This document shows positions 59,092-64,000 of a stretch of DNA of 64,000 nucleotides, in pieces. The notes beneath the pieces were generated by a model. It was not told the origin of the DNA, ran no database searches, and worked only from the letters and a program-made list of their open reading frames with translations. The translations under genes were made by a program, and so were the position numbers. This DNA comes from an uncultured Ruminococcus sp. (GTDB lineage Bacteria > Bacillota > Clostridia > Oscillospirales > Ruminococcaceae), in contig CASEUJ010000016.1 of the NCBI GenBank assembly GCA_949291125.1, positions 67,946-131,945 on the forward strand. Direction: 5' to 3'. Within the stretch, counting starts at the first letter, position 1, and every line of letters begins with the position of its first letter.

Positions 59092-59541
59092 ATGGCAAAA
59101 GAAAAGCTGTCGACGCAGCAAAATGAAGTCAAAGTACCGCCATCGAGTGGGAGGCTGTTTTTTATTGATCCGAATAAACGCGGTGCAGCCCTTCGTGTGT
59201 TTCTTGCCGGTGTTATGGCGCTGATTCTGTTTAGCGTTGTGATCAACAGTTATGTCCAGCTCAATGAGGTTTATACAGAAATTTCGGCGGCGAATACCCA
59301 GCTCGGGGAACTGCGCAGCGAAAATGTGCGGATGCAGACGGAGCTGGAAGGCAAGGCTTCGATCAGCAATATCAAAGACTATGCAGAACAATATCTGGGG
59401 CTTCAACAGCTTGACAAATCTCAGATTCAATATATACAAATTCAAACGGAAGATGAAGTCGTCATAGACGCAGAACAACAAAATATTTTTGTCACGATCA
59501 AGCATTGGTTTGAAGATTTGGTGGCATATCTGCGTGGATAG
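59092..59541 (+). CDS. ftsL: FtsL-like cell division protein
   Basis: Single TM followed by coiled coil ending A...LG; position after rsmH. Confidence 0.7.
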   Translation: MAKEKLSTQQNEVKVPPSSGRLFFIDPNKRGAALRVFLAGVMALILFSVVINSYVQLNEVYTEISAANTQLGELRSENVRMQTELEGKASISNIKDYAEQYLGLQQLDKSQIQYIQIQTEDEVVIDAEQQNIFVTIKHWFEDLVAYLRG

Positions 59542-59976
59542 GGTGCATAACATTTCTTGAGAGAATGCGCCTTATCATAAAACATTTTTATTGCCGCTAT
59601 CGGTTTTCGCAGAAAGCGGAATTCAGGTGCACAGTCACCGCCGTTAGTGATATAAAACGACACAAGAAAGTATTTTCGGGAAACAAAAATTGGGGTGTAT
59701 GTCAAGCCTTCGGACAAAGCGGTTATCGGACAGATGACAATTGGAAGGCTGACAGAATTCCAGCATTACATTTTGCGGCAAACATGTCATTTGCCGCAAA
59801 ATCGGAAATTCCCGTCTTATCATCTGCGAATTGAGTTTGACGCAGGTGAATTTGTGAGACGGTTTTGTGGATCAGGCGGGGTAACGGTTTGCGATTTCCC
59901 TGCCTGATTCTATATTTGATAAGAGATCAGATGATCCATATATCTATGATTGTAGCAATGCAGGAGGTGCACAGCT

Positions 59977-62322
59977 ATGCCGATATGGCGTAAATCAAAT
60001 CAGTATGCTCCCGACTCGCCGGAAAAGCCTCCTCTTTCAGCATCGGTGCGGATGCGTCGGCGTGCCGGCGCGGCGATGGCGGCGCTCCTTGTGTTTTGTG
60101 CGGCTGTTGTGTCTGGACTGTTTAAAGTTTCGGTCATCGACAATGCACTGTATGAAGAGATGGCGAATAATTATCACTTTGGTACAATGACACTCGAAGC
60201 AAGCCGCGGTGCAATTTATGATGCAAACGGATCGGCGTTAGCGTGGAGTGCGACTGTATATAATGTGTATATCGATCCGCAGTTATATCGCGAACAGATC
60301 GAGTCGATCGAGCAGGATAATGCGGAAAAGCAACAAAATGCCAGTGAGAATGGAGAAAATGCGGATAACCTGATCGACACGCAACAGCTTAGAACTTCCA
60401 TTACGTCGTTTCTGGCAGAAAAGCTGGAACTGACGCCGGCAGAGGTAGAAGAATCCTATGCACGGGAAGGACGCTATCATGTACTGCAAACGCAGGTGGA
60501 AAAAGATGTGGCAGATGAAATCGTTGCATATTTTGACGATCTAAATCTGTCGTTCATCGGCACAGAACCCACAACACGCCGCTATTATCCGCAGAACGAA
60601 TTGGCGGCTGCGGTGATCGGCTTTACCAATGGCGACGGCGATGGACAGTATGGTCTGGAATATCAGTATGATGAGTATCTCGCGGGCGTGGACGGCAGAA
60701 TCATTTCTGCGCAGGCGGCAAACGGCGAGGAAATGCCATACCGCTACTCCACGACTTATGAGGCGCAAGATGGCGCGTCGTTGTATCTGACTCTTGACAC
60801 AACGATGCAATACTATCTGGAAAAGAGCCTTGAAGAAATGGTTCAGGCATATGAGGTTCGCGATCGTGCCTGTGGAATCATTATGAATCCAAAGACAGGT
60901 GCGATCTATGCCATGGCGACTTATCCGTCGTTTGACCTTAATAATCCTTCTGAGATCTATGATGCACAGACCGCACAGGAACTGGCACAACTTCCGGAAT
61001 CGGAATATCAGGATGCATATTTAGAAGCGCGTGAAGTGCAGTGGCGCAACAAGGCAATCAGCGAGATCAATCCGCCGGGATCGACATTTAAGATCATCAC
61101 AACGGCATCTGCGCTTGAAGAGAGCCTGATCGATCTGGCAAATGATACATTTTATTGTGAAGGATACTTACAGGTGCAGGACGCGCGTATCGGTTGTTCG
61201 CGTACTTCTGGGCACGGCTCACAGACGTTCACACAGGCTTTGACCAACTCCTGCAACCCAGCATTTATGGAAATTGGACTACGGCTTGGTGTGGAGAAAT
61301 TCAGCTATTACTTCCAGGGTTTTGGTCTTGGGGAAAAGACCGGAATCGACCTGCCAGGTGAGGTGTCTGGCGCATATATTGCACAGGATGATATGACACT
61401 TGTCGATTTGGCGTCCAGCTCATTCGGACAGACCAACGAATTGACTGCACTCGAATTGATCACAGCATATTCGGCAGCGATCAATGGCGGCAATCTGATT
61501 ACACCATATGTTGTGGATCATATTGTGGATACCAACGGAAATGTCGTGCTACAAAATGAAACGACAGTCAAGCGGCAGGTGATTTCAGGAGAAACTTCCA
61601 AAACGGTGCGCGAACAGTTAGAGGCTGTTGTTACCAACAATCCAAGCCACAATGCTTATATTCAGGGATATCGTATCGGTGGTAAGTCTGGTACTGCGGA
61701 GATTCGTAATACAGCAATTGAAGACGACTATGTTGCATCCTACTGCTGCTTTGCACCGGCTGATGATCCGGAAATCATTATGTTGATCGAGGCTGACTAT
61801 CCGAATCCAGAAGTCGGTTATTATGGTTCGACGGTTGTCGTGCCATATGCAAGAGAAGTGATGGAGAATGTTCTGCCATATCTGGGTTATTATCCGGAGT
61901 ATTCAGAGGAAGAATTTGCCGATATGAATGTCAGCGTACCACTATTACAGGATGTTACAGTGGAAAGCGCGAAAGCAACGCTGGATCAACTCGGATTGAC
62001 CTATGAGGTGGTTGGAAATGGCGATACCGTTCTGACTCAGTCGCCGCGGACGGGAACTAATATTGCAAAGGGCGGCAAAGTATTGTTGTATACCGAAGAG
62101 ATCATTGGGGAAGAATTGGTAGAGGTTCCAAATCTGATTGGTATGACACTGGAACAGGCAAATGAGACACTTCGCTATTATGGCCTGAATTATGTCTCGC
62201 TCGGCGCAACTGCCGACAGCAGCAGTGCCACCGTACAATATCAGTCGGAAGAAGCTGGTACCTATGTGGCGCGCGGCAGCTCGATTACTTTGACCATGGT
62301 AGAAGGCGAAGTAAATGACTGA
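59977..62322 (+). CDS. class B penicillin-binding protein with two PASTA domains (SpoVD/FtsI-like)
   Basis: RG.IYD, R.YP, G..GLE, PGSTFK, SCN, KSG, two VP.L.. PASTA repeats. Confidence 0.92.
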   Translation: MPIWRKSNQYAPDSPEKPPLSASVRMRRRAGAAMAALLVFCAAVVSGLFKVSVIDNALYEEMANNYHFGTMTLEASRGAIYDANGSALAWSATVYNVYIDPQLYREQIESIEQDNAEKQQNASENGENADNLIDTQQLRTSITSFLAEKLELTPAEVEESYAREGRYHVLQTQVEKDVADEIVAYFDDLNLSFIGTEPTTRRYYPQNELAAAVIGFTNGDGDGQYGLEYQYDEYLAGVDGRIISAQAANGEEMPYRYSTTYEAQDGASLYLTLDTTMQYYLEKSLEEMVQAYEVRDRACGIIMNPKTGAIYAMATYPSFDLNNPSEIYDAQTAQELAQLPESEYQDAYLEAREVQWRNKAISEINPPGSTFKIITTASALEESLIDLANDTFYCEGYLQVQDARIGCSRTSGHGSQTFTQALTNSCNPAFMEIGLRLGVEKFSYYFQGFGLGEKTGIDLPGEVSGAYIAQDDMTLVDLASSSFGQTNELTALELITAYSAAINGGNLITPYVVDHIVDTNGNVVLQNETTVKRQVISGETSKTVREQLEAVVTNNPSHNAYIQGYRIGGKSGTAEIRNTAIEDDYVASYCCFAPADDPEIIMLIEADYPNPEVGYYGSTVVVPYAREVMENVLPYLGYYPEYSEEEFADMNVSVPLLQDVTVESAKATLDQLGLTYEVVGNGDTVLTQSPRTGTNIAKGGKVLLYTEEIIGEELVEVPNLIGMTLEQANETLRYYGLNYVSLGATADSSSATVQYQSEEAGTYVARGSSITLTMVEGEVND

Positions 62323-62361
62323 GGTTGGAAGATACCATTGAACAGGAAAGGGTGAGCGACA

Positions 62362-63813
62362 ATGCGGTTAGAAACGTTGTTAGAGCAAAATGCAGTGACA
62401 GCACTGCCGGAACTGGAGATCACAGGGCTAACAGATGATTCCCGGAAGGTACAGCCGGGAATGGTGTTTGCCTGCATCCGTGGTGAACATTTTGACGGAC
62501 ACACTGCGGCGGCACAGGCACTGGAACAGGGTGCAGCAGTGGTGCTGGCCGATCATGACTTAGGGTTTGGTGACCGGCAGATTCTCACTGAGGATACACG
62601 CGCTTTATATGGCAAACTCTGTGCCGCATGGTTCGGGCATCCGGAGCGAAAAATGCATTTTGTGGGTGTAACCGGTACAAATGGCAAGACAACGATTACC
62701 AACCTCATTAAGCATGTTCTGACGGACAATGGCCATATGGTGGGCCTGATTGGGACGATCTGCAATGAGATTGGTGGAGAACCAATACACACCGATAATA
62801 CCACGCCGTTTGTCTATGACCTGATGGAGCTTTATGCCAAGATGGCACAGGCGGGATGCGACTATGTCGTAATGGAAGTGTCCTCGTTCGGGCTGGTACA
62901 GCAGCGCATTGGAGAAACGCATTTTGATGTTGCCGTGTTTACCAACCTGACACAGGATCATCTGGATTACCACGGTACGATGGAGGCGTATTATCAGGCA
63001 AAAAAATTGCTCTTTGACCGCTGTGACCGCGCTGTGATCAATATCGATGACAGCTATGGCAAACGTCTTGCGGGTGAGGTCGTATGTCCGGTGACAACCT
63101 ATGGCAACTGTCGCAGCGCTGATTTTTATGCTGATGCCATGAAGCTGCGTGCAGACGGCACAACGTTTTGGCTCTGTCACGCGGATAAATCCTATCTCTT
63201 GCAGATGCACCTGACCGGTATGTTCAATGTTTCGAATGCACTTGCGGCGGCGGCAGCAACTTATGAGCTGGAGATTCCGATAAAGCGTGTGTTACAGTCG
63301 CTGGAAAGCTGTACGGGGATACGCGGACGCTGTGAGGTGATTCCGATCGACCGGGACTTTACTGTGATCTGTGACTATGCCCATACACCGGATGCAGTGG
63401 AAAACATTCTGCGCAGCGTTAAGGAATATACCAAGGGACGCCTGATCTGTTTGTTCGGCTGTGGTGGAAACCGTGATGCCACTAAGCGTCCGAAGATGGC
63501 ACAGGCGGCGGCAAAATATGCGGATTTTCTGATGATCACTTCCGATAATCCGCGGGATGAAGACCCCGAGGCGATCATTGCTGATATCCTCACAGGACTG
63601 GAAGGCAGCGATGTGCCGTATGAAGTCGTGGTAGATCGCAAAGAGGCGATTTTGCGCAGCATGCAGCTGGCACAGCCGAATGATGTGATCGTCCTCGCAG
63701 GAAAAGGACATGAGGATTATCAGATCCTATCGGGCGGTGTACACATCCATATGGATGAACGCGAGATTGTCCGTGATTGTCTGCCGCTTGTACCCAAGCG
63801 GACAGACATATAA
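62362..63813 (+). CDS. murE: UDP-MurNAc-dipeptide:meso-DAP ligase
   Basis: GVTGTNGKTT, MEVSS, DHLDYH, DYAHTPD, DNPR (DAP-specific). Confidence 0.96.
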   Translation: MRLETLLEQNAVTALPELEITGLTDDSRKVQPGMVFACIRGEHFDGHTAAAQALEQGAAVVLADHDLGFGDRQILTEDTRALYGKLCAAWFGHPERKMHFVGVTGTNGKTTITNLIKHVLTDNGHMVGLIGTICNEIGGEPIHTDNTTPFVYDLMELYAKMAQAGCDYVVMEVSSFGLVQQRIGETHFDVAVFTNLTQDHLDYHGTMEAYYQAKKLLFDRCDRAVINIDDSYGKRLAGEVVCPVTTYGNCRSADFYADAMKLRADGTTFWLCHADKSYLLQMHLTGMFNVSNALAAAAATYELEIPIKRVLQSLESCTGIRGRCEVIPIDRDFTVICDYAHTPDAVENILRSVKEYTKGRLICLFGCGGNRDATKRPKMAQAAAKYADFLMITSDNPRDEDPEAIIADILTGLEGSDVPYEVVVDRKEAILRSMQLAQPNDVIVLAGKGHEDYQILSGGVHIHMDEREIVRDCLPLVPKRTDI

Positions 63814-63858
63814 GTGCAATAAGACAACAGAGAGAACAACATATAGGGGGAGAAACTG

Positions 63859-64000
63859 ATGAAGCCGTGGATGCTGTCGGAATTGAAGGAAGTATTACAG
63901 TGTGAGGTGCCCATTGAGGCGGAAATTACTCGTGTTAGCACAGATACGCGTAATCTTCCGCAGGGTTGTTTGTTTGTGGCACTGCGAGGTGCACGTTTTG
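63859..64000 (+). CDS. murF: MurF, N-terminal fragment (runs off the window)
   Basis: VSTDTR.L..G.LFVALRG.RF after murE; SD GGGGAG. Confidence 0.85.
   Translation, partial: MKPWMLSELKEVLQCEVPIEAEITRVSTDTRNLPQGCLFVALRGARF

Noticed and set aside
59695-59907. 70-aa ORF in the ftsL-PBP gap
   Set aside because: Weak SD, runs through several hairpins, no recognisable domain

Overview
Core-chromosome segment of a spore-forming, cellulosome-type Firmicute. A dockerin-bearing GH26, spoVT, a SASP, a spoVD-like PBP and Prp/L27 point to a Ruminococcus-like member of the Oscillospiraceae (inference). Housekeeping blocks: trkAH, mtaB-purL, pyrB, pdxST, rplU-prp-rpmA-obg-mrnC-yebC-DEAD helicase, hemW, csoR-HMA-copA, rpsL-rpsG-fusA-tuf and the start of the dcw cluster (mraZ-rsmH-ftsL-pbp-murE-murF). 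Accessory genes: an orphan vanR-vanS-vanY-like locus, a Sel1 protein, an ABC-F ATPase, a candidate glycan-binding lipoprotein, CBM35-GH26-dockerin, GH1, YfhO, an SPFH/Zn-ribbon/TPM operon and three frameshifted genes. I saw no rRNA, tRNA, CRISPR array, transposase or integrase, and no clear-cut new multi-gene system. The best leads are regulatory or architectural: (1) a 13-aa leader peptide abutting a terminator upstream of a GNAT gene; (2) an attenuator-like leader without a PyrR site upstream of a PyrB carrying only the PyrI Zn domain; (3) a VanS-like kinase with a duplicated sensor module, plus 11-bp-phased boxes and a -10 element in the loop of a perfect 17-bp inverted repeat; (4) a stand-alone CBM-like lipoprotein. 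All family assignments come from recognising motifs by eye, not from database searches.
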